Positions 33,642 to 43,457 of a stretch of 48,287 nt of DNA are shown here, one piece after another; position 1 is the stretch's first letter; each line of letters starts with the position of its first letter. The stretch comes from Candidatus Enterousia sp. GTDB taxonomy: Bacteria > Pseudomonadota > Alphaproteobacteria > Rs-D84. The DNA is taken from NCBI GenBank assembly GCA_045576255.1, contig JAZNGD010000050.1:1-48287 (forward strand), written 5' to 3'. The notes beneath the pieces were generated by a model, which was not told the DNA's origin, searched no databases, and worked only from the letters and a program-made list of their open reading frames with translations. The position numbers and the translations under genes were made by a program.

Positions 33642-35162
33642 TTATGCAAGTTTGTTACGTAAAATTTCGTTCACAACAGCCGGATTTGCTGTGCCACCAG
33701 TCGCTTTCATTACGTTGCCAACAAAGAACCCCAGCAATCCAGTTTTTCCAGATTTATATTGTTCAACTTGTGATGGATTAGCAGTAATTACATCGTCGAC
33801 AATCTTTTCAATTGTGCCGGTGTCAGTCATTTGTTTCATACCAAATTTGTCTGCGATTTCACGTGGCGTTCCCGATTCGCCATCCAGCATTTTTATAAAG
33901 ATTTCTTTTGCTTGTTTTCCGTTGATTGTGTTATCAGAAATCATATTTACTAATTCAGACAAGTCAGTAGGTGTAATGATTCGTATACCATCAACAATGC
34001 CGCTTGTTTGATTCAAAATGTCATAATTTTCTGGGTGTGCGAACAGTTCGCTTATCATCCAGTTTGCGATTGATTTGGCGTGTTTCGCATTTCCATTGAC
34101 CGCTGTGTCAAACCAATGTGATATGTCTGTTGTTTCTGTTAAACGTGCGGCATCATATTCAGACAGGCCAAATTCCGCCGTATAGCGCGCGCGAGTCTGT
34201 GATGGTAATTCTGGCATTGTGCTGCGTATACGTTCAATTTGTTCGTCGCTGATTTCGACAGGCAATAAATCAGGGTCTGGAAAATAACGATAATCCAGCG
34301 CGTCTTCTTTGCTGCGTGCGACAGACGTTGTGCCTTCGCTTTGATTAAAGTGCATAGTGTCTTGGGATACTGTGCCGCCGTTTTCATAAATTTCTATTTG
34401 ACGGCGTGCTTCAAATTCAATCGCAGTTTTAATGAATTTAAAAGAAACCATATTTTTTGTTTCTGTGCGAGTTCTGAATTCAGAACTGCCAACAGGACGT
34501 ACAGAAACGTTTACGTCTGCGCGCATAGAACCTTCTTCCATATTTGCGCGTGATACGCCCAGTGCGCGTGCGATTTCGCGGATTTCGCGCAGGTATCTTT
34601 CCGCTTCGTCTGGTGAAGTTATGTATGAATTATTTTCTGGGTTTTTTGTGTCCAAATAAGTGACAATTTCAAGTAAACCAACACCTGTGCGATTATAGTC
34701 TGCAAAAGATTTTGTTGGGTGTACATCGTGTTTTAATTTGCCGGCGTCTTGTTCCAAATGTGCGCGTTCGATAAGGATTTTTTTTGGTTTGCCATCGTCA
34801 CCCATAATTTCAATCCATCCGCGACCAACGATTGGCGGTTCGTCCGCAGGTTGTGAAATTTGATAGCCTTGGGGCAGGTCAGGGTACATATATTGTTTAC
34901 GGGCAAAGCGGCTGAAATGGGAAATTTCTGCGTTTAATCCCAGCCCCATTTTTATTGTTTGTTCTACGCAAAATTTGTTCAGTACAGGCAACATCCCAGG
35001 CATTCCTGTGTCAATCATAGAAACTTGGGTGTTTGGACTGACGCTGGGGTTGTAATCTGCAGATGCGCCGCTGAAGACTTTTGACTTTGACAGAATTTGG
35101 ATATGAGTTTCCAGCCCAATTACCAATTCCCAATCACATGTTTTGCCTTTTATTGTAAACAT
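33642..35162 (-). CDS. gatB: Asp-tRNA(Asn)/Glu-tRNA(Gln) amidotransferase subunit B
   Basis: WELVIGLETHIQL-type N-terminus, NRTGVGLLEIV, RADVNVSVR, C-terminal GatB/YqeY domain (LGFFVGNVMKATGGTANP). Confidence 0.92.
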   Translation of the reverse strand: MFTIKGKTCDWELVIGLETHIQILSKSKVFSGASADYNPSVSPNTQVSMIDTGMPGMLPVLNKFCVEQTIKMGLGLNAEISHFSRFARKQYMYPDLPQGYQISQPADEPPIVGRGWIEIMGDDGKPKKILIERAHLEQDAGKLKHDVHPTKSFADYNRTGVGLLEIVTYLDTKNPENNSYITSPDEAERYLREIREIARALGVSRANMEEGSMRADVNVSVRPVGSSEFRTRTETKNMVSFKFIKTAIEFEARRQIEIYENGGTVSQDTMHFNQSEGTTSVARSKEDALDYRYFPDPDLLPVEISDEQIERIRSTMPELPSQTRARYTAEFGLSEYDAARLTETTDISHWFDTAVNGNAKHAKSIANWMISELFAHPENYDILNQTSGIVDGIRIITPTDLSELVNMISDNTINGKQAKEIFIKMLDGESGTPREIADKFGMKQMTDTGTIEKIVDDVITANPSQVEQYKSGKTGLLGFFVGNVMKATGGTANPAVVNEILRNKLA

Positions 35163-35217
35163 TTTTTCTTTTTCCCTTGCTTTTTTATTTTTTGTGTCCT
35201 AATATTTGTTCCGCGTT

Positions 35218-35293
35218 GGCTAGGTAGCTCAGTTGGTAGAGCAAGGGACTGAAAATCCCTGTGTCGGCGGTTCGATTCCGTCCCTAGCCACCA
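35218..35293 (+). tRNA. tRNA-Phe (anticodon GAA)
   Basis: 76-nt cloverleaf: acceptor GGCTAGG/CCTAGCC, anticodon arm AGGGA-CTGAAAA-TCCCT, T arm GGCGG-TTCGATT-CCGTC, encoded CCA. Followed by a hairpin plus T-run. Confidence 0.9.
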
Positions 35294-35361
35294 TCTCCTT
35301 TCTTTCGGCCGCTGTGGTCGATTTTTTTATTCCCCAGAAGATGGTCGGATTGTTCATTTTT

Positions 35362-36828
35362 TTATTTGCCCATTATCGTTGTTGGGCGGTTGTTAAAGTT
35401 TGCTGCGATTTCAATATGCTTTGCCAATTGCAAAACGCGCATATCGTCAAAACGTGGGCCTATGACTTGCATACCCAAGGGCAAGCCGTTTTGTGCCAAA
35501 CCGCATGGTACACTGCAAGCAGGAATACCAGCCAAGTTCATTGCGACAGTAAATAAATCCAAAGCATAATATTCCAATGGTTTTAAATCAGACGCCAATG
35601 GCATTGCAGTGCCTGCACTGGATGGACATACGATTAAATCGCATTCTTTGAATGCTGTGTCAAAGCTGTTTGCAATCATACGGCGAACGCGTGCGGCTTG
35701 CATAAAGTATACATCGTATGATTCGCTGCTTAATACAGCTGTGCCGATAAGCATACGGCGTTTTACTTCGTCGCCAAAACCAGCGGCGCGTGTTTTGTTA
35801 AATGTATCGTAAATGTCTTTGCCTTCGACGCGAAGACCATAACGCATACCGTCATATCGCGCCAAATTCGAAGACGCTTCGGCTGGGGCAATGATATAGT
35901 ATGCTGCCAATGCATCTAAAATATTTGGAATTGAAACTTCGACAATTTCTGCGCCCATAGATTTTAAATCTGCGATTCGTTTTTCGAACAGTGTTTTCAT
36001 ATCGTTTGAAATTTCTATGTCTGTAAATTCTTTGATAATACCGACGCGTAATTTTTTCCCGTCACCCAAAATCGCAGGTAACTTGCCATCGCATTTAAAT
36101 CCTTGTTTGGAACTGGTTGATTCTTTTGCGTCATAACCGGCCATCGCAGACAGCATTAATGCAGCGTCATCAACAGTATGCGTGATTGGACCAGGTGTGT
36201 CCAATGAAGATGCAAATGCAATGCAGCCCCAACGTGAACACAGTCCATACGTTGGTTTCATTCCAACCAATCCTGTGATGGCCGCAGGAAAACGTATTGA
36301 ACCGCCTGTGTCTGTTCCTGTTGCGGCAATTGCCAATCCGCCAGCCACAGCAGATGTCGAACCACCCGATGAACCGCCTGCGGTAAGTTGCTTATCCATT
36401 TGCCATGGATTGATTGGGGCACCAAAGAAACTGGTCTTGCTGAAAGTGCCCATCGCAAATTCGTCCAAGTTTGCTTTGCCTAATAAAACTGTGCCGGCAT
36501 CAATCAAGTTCTGAGAAACGGTTGATTCATATTCTGGTACAAAATTTTCAAGCATCTTTGAAGCCGCGGTTGTGCGAATGCCACGTGTTGCGAACAAGTC
36601 TTTCATTGCAATTGGTAATCCGTCCAATGGCAATGTATTACCCCCGGCACGACGTGCGTCAGATGCGGCCGCATCGGCCATTGCACGTTCAGGTGTGACG
36701 GTAATATAGCAGTTTAAATCGGAACCGTATTTTTCGATACGATTCAAATAACTTTGTGTTAATTCGACAGCGCTGATTTCGCTGTTGTTTAATTTTTCCA
36801 GTGCTTCTGTCAGTGTTAAATCAATCAT
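35362..36828 (-). CDS. gatA: Asp-tRNA(Asn)/Glu-tRNA(Gln) amidotransferase subunit A
   Basis: Amidase signature GGSSGGSTSAVAGGLAIAATGTDTGGSIRFPAA. Confidence 0.92.
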   Translation of the reverse strand: MIDLTLTEALEKLNNSEISAVELTQSYLNRIEKYGSDLNCYITVTPERAMADAAASDARRAGGNTLPLDGLPIAMKDLFATRGIRTTAASKMLENFVPEYESTVSQNLIDAGTVLLGKANLDEFAMGTFSKTSFFGAPINPWQMDKQLTAGGSSGGSTSAVAGGLAIAATGTDTGGSIRFPAAITGLVGMKPTYGLCSRWGCIAFASSLDTPGPITHTVDDAALMLSAMAGYDAKESTSSKQGFKCDGKLPAILGDGKKLRVGIIKEFTDIEISNDMKTLFEKRIADLKSMGAEIVEVSIPNILDALAAYYIIAPAEASSNLARYDGMRYGLRVEGKDIYDTFNKTRAAGFGDEVKRRMLIGTAVLSSESYDVYFMQAARVRRMIANSFDTAFKECDLIVCPSSAGTAMPLASDLKPLEYYALDLFTVAMNLAGIPACSVPCGLAQNGLPLGMQVIGPRFDDMRVLQLAKHIEIAANFNNRPTTIMGK

Positions 36829-36922
36829 CTTTTTCTTCTTTTAATTTTATTTTTTGTCTGCGTGATTTTCATCGACATAAAATTACGCAGATGTTTTATA
36901 AACCAAAGTTATAAGAATGTAT

Positions 36923-37219
36923 TTATTCCCCATCTTTTACTTTTGGAACAGCAAAATACCCACGTGATGTGCCGGCATTGTCAGGTGTGTTTGCCAAAAC
37001 CAAGTCACGAATGTTGCCGTCTGTGACCACGTCTTCACGCATTGATGTTTTGTGTTCGACCGGGCTTAGCATTGGTTCAATGCCGGTTGTATCGATTTTT
37101 TGCAGTTTATCTAACCAGTCTATGACGGAATCGATGTTAATTTGTTCCAATTCTTCGGGTGCAATTTCAATATGAATTAAGTTTGCGAATTTTTGTAATT
37201 GTTGCTTGCTAAATGCCAT
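36923..37219 (-). CDS. gatC: Asp-tRNA(Asn)/Glu-tRNA(Gln) amidotransferase subunit C
   Basis: 98 aa. LANLIHIEIAPEELE...MREDVV...YFAVPKV is the typical GatC pattern. Upstream of gatA on the same strand. Confidence 0.85.
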   Translation of the reverse strand: MAFSKQQLQKFANLIHIEIAPEELEQINIDSVIDWLDKLQKIDTTGIEPMLSPVEHKTSMREDVVTDGNIRDLVLANTPDNAGTSRGYFAVPKVKDGE

Positions 37220-37256
37220 TTTCAATCCTATATTAAAAAACAAAAGGAATTATACA

Positions 37257-37706
37257 ATGATTTTGCCAGATTTCAAGGGTTTTCCGCACAATGGTCGGAT
37301 TTTGGGGGTTGATTGGGGGTTGCGAAGAATTGGACTTGCAGTCAGTGATGCGTCTTGGGATTTTGTTTTTGTGCGTGATTCTATCACAGTGCCACGTGGC
37401 GCGAAAAATCATGCGGATTTGGTCGCAGGGGTTGCGCGTGCAGAAATGGTGTGCGGAATTGTTGTTGGATTGCCGGTTTGTAATGATGGGGCTGAATCTG
37501 AAACAACTGTTTTAGTGCGCGATTTTGTCGCAAAGTTGGAAACCAAAACAGATTTGCCAATTTGTCTGATTGAAGAAAATTTAACGTCAATGACCGCACA
37601 GTCTGAAATGGGACGGGTCAGGGTGCGCGACTTAAAAGCAAGGTTGGATTCTGAATCCGCACGCGTGATTTTAGAAAATGCAATTGCCGTAATTAAACGG
37701 GCATAA
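37257..37706 (+). CDS. ruvX: Holliday junction resolvase-like protein RuvX (YqgF)
   Basis: ILGVDWGLRRIGLAVSD N-terminal RNase H-like motif, DESLTS-like EENLTSM. The stop lies in the loop of a terminator hairpin (CGGGC-ATAAA-GCCCG-TTTTTT). Confidence 0.85.
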   Translation: MILPDFKGFPHNGRILGVDWGLRRIGLAVSDASWDFVFVRDSITVPRGAKNHADLVAGVARAEMVCGIVVGLPVCNDGAESETTVLVRDFVAKLETKTDLPICLIEENLTSMTAQSEMGRVRVRDLKARLDSESARVILENAIAVIKRA

Positions 37707-37716
37707 AGCCCGTTTT

Positions 37717-38760
37717 TTATTCTTCTTTTTTATCGGGTATTTGTCCGTCGGCAGATAATAAAACAGAAATCCATCTGGTTGAATCAAATTGCGCGCAAAT
37801 AACATACGTTGCAACCAGCATAGGAACACTGAAAAACATACCAGCGATTCCCCAAATCATTCCCCAAAATACTAAATTTATTAAAATGGCAAGTGTTGAT
37901 AAGTTTAAAGTTTTGCCAGTTAACTTGGGTTCCAAGATGTTGCCGAATAATATCTGCAAAACAATAAGACCAACTGCTGTTAATATTGGTTGCTGTAATG
38001 TCGGCGCAGTTATCAGTGAATACAATATTGGCAATCCACAAGCAACAATTGCGCCGATTGTCGGAATATAGCTGGTAATAAATACAATAAATGCCCAAAC
38101 GCCAGCAAATTCAATGCCAATTATTTGCAGCCAGAAGAAAGATATTATTGCGGTAATCCCGGATATTATCGTCTTTACAAACAGATATTTTTTCATATTG
38201 TAATCGATGCTGTCTAATATATAGCGCGTCTTTTTGGATTGGCGCTTGTTTGGAAATAAAGATGTGAATTTTTGATTGAATGTGCTTTGTTCTATGAACA
38301 TAAATATCATATAAACAACCACCATCCCCATAGAAGCCGCAATTGATGCCACAGAAGAACCAATGTTGGCCGCGATTTTTGTTATGTTTGGAATCATATT
38401 TGTGTCAAATTTAAAACCTGCTGATTTTGATAAGTAAGAACCAAATTGTGCCAACTTGTCTTGCAGTACAGGTAATACAGAAACAAATTCAGAAAACATT
38501 GGCTTGATTTGTGTGATAAACAAATATCCGATAACAAACAGTGTCGCAAACGCTGTGATATAAGATATTAAATTAAATGTATGAAATAAAAAATTTCTGC
38601 CTTTGTTTTCAGGATGTTTGTAGGGTAAGGCTTTCCTGTAATAATCTGCAATCGCATTTGTTAAATACCATAAAAACGCAGCAATCAACAGTGGTATCAG
38701 AATTGAACGGCCAACCCATAAAAGTAATATAAGGCTGATAAAAGTTATTATTCCTGTCAT
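37717..38760 (-). CDS. AI-2E family transporter (PerM/YhhT-like)
   Basis: Eight hydrophobic segments. SYIPTIGAIVA and EPKLTGKTLNLS motifs are typical of the family. Confidence 0.8.
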   Translation of the reverse strand: MTGIITFISLILLLWVGRSILIPLLIAAFLWYLTNAIADYYRKALPYKHPENKGRNFLFHTFNLISYITAFATLFVIGYLFITQIKPMFSEFVSVLPVLQDKLAQFGSYLSKSAGFKFDTNMIPNITKIAANIGSSVASIAASMGMVVVYMIFMFIEQSTFNQKFTSLFPNKRQSKKTRYILDSIDYNMKKYLFVKTIISGITAIISFFWLQIIGIEFAGVWAFIVFITSYIPTIGAIVACGLPILYSLITAPTLQQPILTAVGLIVLQILFGNILEPKLTGKTLNLSTLAILINLVFWGMIWGIAGMFFSVPMLVATYVICAQFDSTRWISVLLSADGQIPDKKEE

Positions 38761-39689
38761 TGGTTGTTTCCTGGGGTTTCAATAGTTGTTGTTTCAGATA
38801 TGTTTATTATAATGTTTTTTGGGTGTTGTGGCATAAATACATAAGCGGCAGATAACATAACAACAAGCGCAATATTTATGATTACAGCAACTGTTGAATA
38901 TTTGTCAGATATGTGTTTTATGAATTGCTTTTCACCGACTTTCATTATCCAAATTCCAAAAAACATCGTCAATGAAAGTGTTAATAATGCCGGAAAGAAA
39001 CCAGACCCAAGGCAAGAAAAAAGTGTAATAAACGTAAATGCAGCTATTGTGTTTTGTGGGGTGGTTATAATCCAATTTATCATCTTGGAATAAGTTTTAG
39101 ATTCAATCTGTTGACCGGTGATTTTTTTGTTGCCGTTTGACAGAAAGTATCCTGGTATCCACAGCGCAGAAAAACCAAATGGTATGCTGAATAATATTTT
39201 CCAAGTCGGTATGTTAAAATCTTGTATACGGCGGATTTTGACGTAAAAATTGATAATCGATATGCCGATTAAAAACATCAGAAATACGGTTGTGATTATT
39301 AATGCGGTCAAGAATAATCCCGATGAAACTGAACCGGCTGACATTATTTTAATTAAAATATTTTGATGGTTTGCCAGTATTATGTATGTAGATGCGACAA
39401 CAAGAACAGATGAAAATACGGTTTGTAAAGAATGAATTGCGACAAATGATTTTCTGTCCATTTTGATTTCAGGCAGCTTTCTTATAACCAGATATATGCC
39501 CAGTAAAAAGCCGATTAAAAGTAATAAAAATAATGGTGTTTCTGGTACCTGTGATGGGATGCTGTATATATGGCTGGTTATTAATGAATATGTAAACATT
39601 ATAATAAGACTGAACAAAGATATAATCAGCCCCAATTTAAGTGGCGCCCATATTGTCCATAATGATAAAGATGGTTTGGTTGTTTTCAT
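38757..39689 (-). CDS. polytopic membrane protein of unknown function
   Basis: 310 aa with about 8 hydrophobic segments. The stop overlaps the AI-2E start (ATGA). Begins 29 nt after the sufC stop. Confidence 0.6.
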   Translation of the reverse strand: MKTTKPSLSLWTIWAPLKLGLIISLFSLIIMFTYSLITSHIYSIPSQVPETPLFLLLLIGFLLGIYLVIRKLPEIKMDRKSFVAIHSLQTVFSSVLVVASTYIILANHQNILIKIMSAGSVSSGLFLTALIITTVFLMFLIGISIINFYVKIRRIQDFNIPTWKILFSIPFGFSALWIPGYFLSNGNKKITGQQIESKTYSKMINWIITTPQNTIAAFTFITLFSCLGSGFFPALLTLSLTMFFGIWIMKVGEKQFIKHISDKYSTVAVIINIALVVMLSAAYVFMPQHPKNIIINISETTTIETPGNNQ

Positions 39690-39718
39690 ATCTGCTTCCT
39701 TGGGTTTTAGTGTTAGTT

Positions 39719-40396
39719 TTATTTTATCATATTTTTCCCATCAGATAAAGTGATAGTCTTGGTTGGGCATATCATTTCAGTAAAAGATGGTTGATGGCTG
39801 ATAAATATGAATGTTGTGTCCGGCATTGATTTTATTGTGTCGGCGATAAGTTGTTGGGTCTGCAAGTCCGCGCCAGAATCAGGTTCGTCAAGTATTGCAA
39901 GTTTGGGTTTTGTTAATACAAGTTGTAATAACATTATTTTTTTTCGTTCGCCACCAGAAAAACCAACGTTTACACCGCGGTTAAGCCAATCGCGTGGAAT
40001 GTTTAATTGTGCGCACGCCGTATTAACAGATTCTAAAAAATCGGGCACAGATAAATCGTGTCCTGTTTGATAATGCGTGTGTGCAACAAGCGAATGTTTT
40101 AAAAAGCTTAGTATTGTTAATCCTGGGATTTCCGGTACGTGTTGGGCACCCAAAAATATGCCTTTTAATGCGCGTGTTGTGGCGTTTTCAGTTGTGATAT
40201 TTTGGCCGTCAAATATTATTTCCCCAGATTGTATCTTGTACGTCGGATTGCCAGCGATTGTGTTAACCAATGTTGATTTTCCACTGCCGTTGTGGCCAGA
40301 TAATAATACCCGGTCGCCATCCGCGACAGATATGTTTATGTTTGACAGTAATTCACGTTCATTTAAAGATATGCAAAGATTCTTTATTTCAAGCAT
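39719..40396 (-). CDS. sufC: Fe-S cluster assembly ATPase SufC
   Basis: Walker A GHNGSGKST, ABC signature FSGGERKK, Walker B LAILDEPDSG, plus sufB adjacency. Confidence 0.9.
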   Translation of the reverse strand: MLEIKNLCISLNERELLSNINISVADGDRVLLSGHNGSGKSTLVNTIAGNPTYKIQSGEIIFDGQNITTENATTRALKGIFLGAQHVPEIPGLTILSFLKHSLVAHTHYQTGHDLSVPDFLESVNTACAQLNIPRDWLNRGVNVGFSGGERKKIMLLQLVLTKPKLAILDEPDSGADLQTQQLIADTIKSMPDTTFIFISHQPSFTEMICPTKTITLSDGKNMIK

Positions 40397-40398
40397 TT

Positions 40399-41727
40399 TT
40401 AATCCTTTGATAATGCCATTTGTATTAACTGTTTCGATTCAACTAAAAATTCCATTGGTAATCGCGATAGTACAGGCGCAGCTGCCGCGCCAATAATAAG
40501 TGCAGTCGCTGTATCGGTGTCTATGCCGGCCATATTCATATATGTCAATGTCGACGCATCAATTGTTCCAGTCGTAGCTTCGTGTGATTGCAGATTGTTT
40601 TCGCCGTTGTGAATTATTCGGGGCAGGGTGTCCGCAGATGCAGTGCTGCTTAATAATTTGCTGTCGCATTTAGATGCGTTTTTACAATTGTTGCCACTGA
40701 ACGAAACAAGACTGCGAAATGTTTGATGTGATACGTCTGTCACAGCACCGTATGATACGATGTTAGATACGCTGTTGTCGCCAATGTGAATCATTTTTGT
40801 TCCTGTGTCTGCGATTTGTGCGCCGCGCGTAATTGATAACGAATAAAAATCACTGTACGAATTATCGCCACGTAAAATCGTAGAAGGGTATTTCCATGTC
40901 AGTGCAGAACCAATTTCCATTTGTGTCCATAATAATTTTGCGTTTTTATGACATATACCGCGTTTGGTGACAAAGTTTAAAATGCCGCCAGTGTTTTTGT
41001 TGCCGTTAAAATCGCCCGAGTACCAATTTTGTACAGTCGCGTATTTTACAGTTGCGTCATCACAAACGATTATTTCAACAACGCCACTGTGTAATTGATG
41101 ATTAGGTTTGCGTGGGGCGCTGCAACCTTCCATATATGTTAATTCGGAACCGGTGTCTGCGATTATCAGGGTACGTTCAAATTGTCCGATTTTTGCCGTT
41201 TCAATTCTGAAAAAACTGGCCAAGTCAATAGGGCACTTTGTGTTTGGTGGAATGTATACAAATGTTCCGTCAGAAAATACAGATGCATTCAATGCAGCAA
41301 AAAAATTGTCAGTTGTAGGAACAACAGACCCAAGATATTTTTGTACTAAATCTGGGTGTTGTTTCACCGCATCTGAAAACGGTAGAAATATTATGCCCAG
41401 ACGTGATAATTCTGCCGTATAGGACGTGTGAACGGATCGACTGTCTATAACCGTATCGGTTGCCATTCCCATAAGTGCTTTTTTTTCACTTTCTGGTAAT
41501 CCCATTTTGTCATAAATATGTTCCAAGTCGGAAGAGTCTATTTTTGGGGCTTCGTTATAATAATCCAAATTGTCATAATCAATTGGTTCATATTCTGTTG
41601 CGCCCCAATGTGGTTCGGTCATTTTTTTCCATTGGCGAAACGCGTCCATTCGCCATTTGTACAACCAATCAGGCTCGTTGCGTTTGGCGGATATTTCTTG
41701 AATAAGATTTTCTGACAGTTTTGTCAT
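40399..41727 (-). CDS. sufB: Fe-S cluster assembly scaffold SufB
   Basis: YMEGCSAP motif, beta-helix repeats, C-terminal FLVESKQL-type tail. Confidence 0.88.
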   Translation of the reverse strand: MTKLSENLIQEISAKRNEPDWLYKWRMDAFRQWKKMTEPHWGATEYEPIDYDNLDYYNEAPKIDSSDLEHIYDKMGLPESEKKALMGMATDTVIDSRSVHTSYTAELSRLGIIFLPFSDAVKQHPDLVQKYLGSVVPTTDNFFAALNASVFSDGTFVYIPPNTKCPIDLASFFRIETAKIGQFERTLIIADTGSELTYMEGCSAPRKPNHQLHSGVVEIIVCDDATVKYATVQNWYSGDFNGNKNTGGILNFVTKRGICHKNAKLLWTQMEIGSALTWKYPSTILRGDNSYSDFYSLSITRGAQIADTGTKMIHIGDNSVSNIVSYGAVTDVSHQTFRSLVSFSGNNCKNASKCDSKLLSSTASADTLPRIIHNGENNLQSHEATTGTIDASTLTYMNMAGIDTDTATALIIGAAAAPVLSRLPMEFLVESKQLIQMALSKD

Positions 41728-41740
41728 TTTTTTTTCTTGT

Positions 41741-42283
41741 TTAGCTGTTTTGAAGTGCTAATTGTTTTGCTTGGGCAAAAAATGTCAATGATTGTCCCAG
41801 TAATCCGTTTGTAAATGTTGATGATAACAGACCATCGGGTTCTGTGGAATTCAGGTGATGTAAAAATGCATCTGCGCGTTGCATATAATTGTTAATATTT
41901 CTGGCGACTTCTGTGTCTAATTTAATGCTGCGACGAATTTTTTCCAGAACAAAAGGATTTTTTGCATATTCATCCATTATGCCGCCAAGTGCGCGCCACA
42001 ATGGGTGTTCTGGTGTGTTTCGTGGCATAATATCCAATGCGGCCATAATCGGAATCAGGCTTTGTAACAGGTCTTGATAAATCATTTCAGCGTTTTCTGC
42101 GATGGCATTGGTTGCGTATTTGTTTTTCAGAACCGATTGAATTTTCGCAATAAGGCTGTGTTGGTATTCTTGGGTTTTTGAAATAGTGTTCAAACGTGAA
42201 TTTATCTTGAATATATAAATTCCAATGGTGATATTTGCTGTCAGAAATAGCCCACAAATCAAACAGATGATAATGTCTTGCAT
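41741..42283 (-). CDS. hypothetical N-terminally anchored protein
   Basis: 180 aa with one N-terminal TM (IIICLICGLFLTANITIGIYIF). The stop is 13 nt upstream of the sufB start. Confidence 0.55.
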   Translation of the reverse strand: MQDIIICLICGLFLTANITIGIYIFKINSRLNTISKTQEYQHSLIAKIQSVLKNKYATNAIAENAEMIYQDLLQSLIPIMAALDIMPRNTPEHPLWRALGGIMDEYAKNPFVLEKIRRSIKLDTEVARNINNYMQRADAFLHHLNSTEPDGLLSSTFTNGLLGQSLTFFAQAKQLALQNS

Positions 42284-42398
42284 TTTTTATTCCTTGGTAT
42301 TTTTGTTGTTTTCAAGGCTCAGTATAGCATCTTTTTGCGATTCGTGCGATTTTATCTTGTGAAAAATTTTTTTCATTGAATTAAGTGTTTTTTATGTC

Positions 42399-42427
42399 TT
42401 GCACAGATTCGGGCAAATTGATATAAT
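42399..42427 (+). promoter_or_regulatory. sigma70-like promoter candidate (TTGCAC-17-TATAAT) for the TcpQ-like/secretin pair
   Basis: Consensus -10 with exact 17-nt spacer, about 45 nt upstream of ATG 42472. Confidence 0.45.
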
Positions 42428-42471
42428 AATGAATAAAGTAAGATAAATATACAGGGAAAGGAAGTCTTGAT

Positions 42472-43422
42472 ATGTTTCGTAAATTATTGATTGGTGCTAT
42501 GTTTGCAACGGCGGCTGGCTATTGCTATGCCGCAGAAACTATGCCGCAAATCGTCACGTCAGAAGTTTTTTATGAACAAGAAAAAAAAGTTGATGAAAAT
42601 CAGTGGGAATTGGTTGATACAACTGTTGTTGATACGACTGTTGTTGATACTGTTGAAACTTATCAAGAAAATGTTCCTGTTCCTGCGTGGCCAATTGCTG
42701 GTTCCGAAGCTGATGTAGATGTTTCTTGTAAAAATGGCGTGTCGTCCAAGAAAAAACAAGGCGATAATATTCGCATTGTTTCTAAGATTGGTTCTGATTT
42801 GGTGGTCGAGAATAATATTAATTTGGGCGCGCCTGGTGGTTATGGTAATTGGTCTGGTGGTGCGAATATGTTGCATGGAACGCAAATTCCGGTCGGTTTT
42901 GATGATGAATGTAATTCTGGATCTGAAATGGCGTTGATGCATCGTGAAGTCTTGGAAGATGATGGTGGTAATGTTTTGACTGTGTCGCGCAGTGGTCGTA
43001 AAACATGTGGTAAATACGCAGATAATTATGATGCTTTTGCTGTTAAAATGAATATGAAAGCCGAAACCAAAGCCGAAACAGAAAATGTCACAGAAGCGGT
43101 CGTTTCCGAAACAGAAGTTGTTGTTGATGCATCAGCTGACGCCGAAGCACCTGTGAATTTGACGGATCAGGTTCGTTCATGGGTTGTTGCAAACGGTCAG
43201 ACTTTGCGTGAAGTTTTGCAAAGCTGGTGCGATAAAGAAGGCTGGGATTTGGTTTGGACGACTGCTCGCGAATATCCAATTGAAGCAAGTGCGGTTTTCA
43301 AAGGGCGTTTTGTTGATGTTGCGTCTGCTTTGGTGCGTAATTTTGGACGTGCGACGCCTGTGCCTTATGCCAAATTTTACAAAGGAAACAGGGTTTTGGT
43401 AATTTCAACAAACGAAGAATAA
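42472..43422 (+). CDS. TcpQ/PilL-like secreted protein (type IVb pilus secretin accessory domain at C-terminus)
   Basis: Signal peptide MFRKLLIGAMFATAAGYCYA. The C-terminal TLREVLQSWCDKEGWDLVW...FKGRFVDVASALVRNF...FYKGNRVLVIS matches the TcpQ-domain pattern as I recall it. VVDTT triplet repeat near the N-terminus. Confidence 0.6.
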   Translation: MFRKLLIGAMFATAAGYCYAAETMPQIVTSEVFYEQEKKVDENQWELVDTTVVDTTVVDTVETYQENVPVPAWPIAGSEADVDVSCKNGVSSKKKQGDNIRIVSKIGSDLVVENNINLGAPGGYGNWSGGANMLHGTQIPVGFDDECNSGSEMALMHREVLEDDGGNVLTVSRSGRKTCGKYADNYDAFAVKMNMKAETKAETENVTEAVVSETEVVVDASADAEAPVNLTDQVRSWVVANGQTLREVLQSWCDKEGWDLVWTTAREYPIEASAVFKGRFVDVASALVRNFGRATPVPYAKFYKGNRVLVISTNEE

Positions 43423-43457
43423 TTTAAATATTATAAGATGTCGTAGGAGAATAAAAT

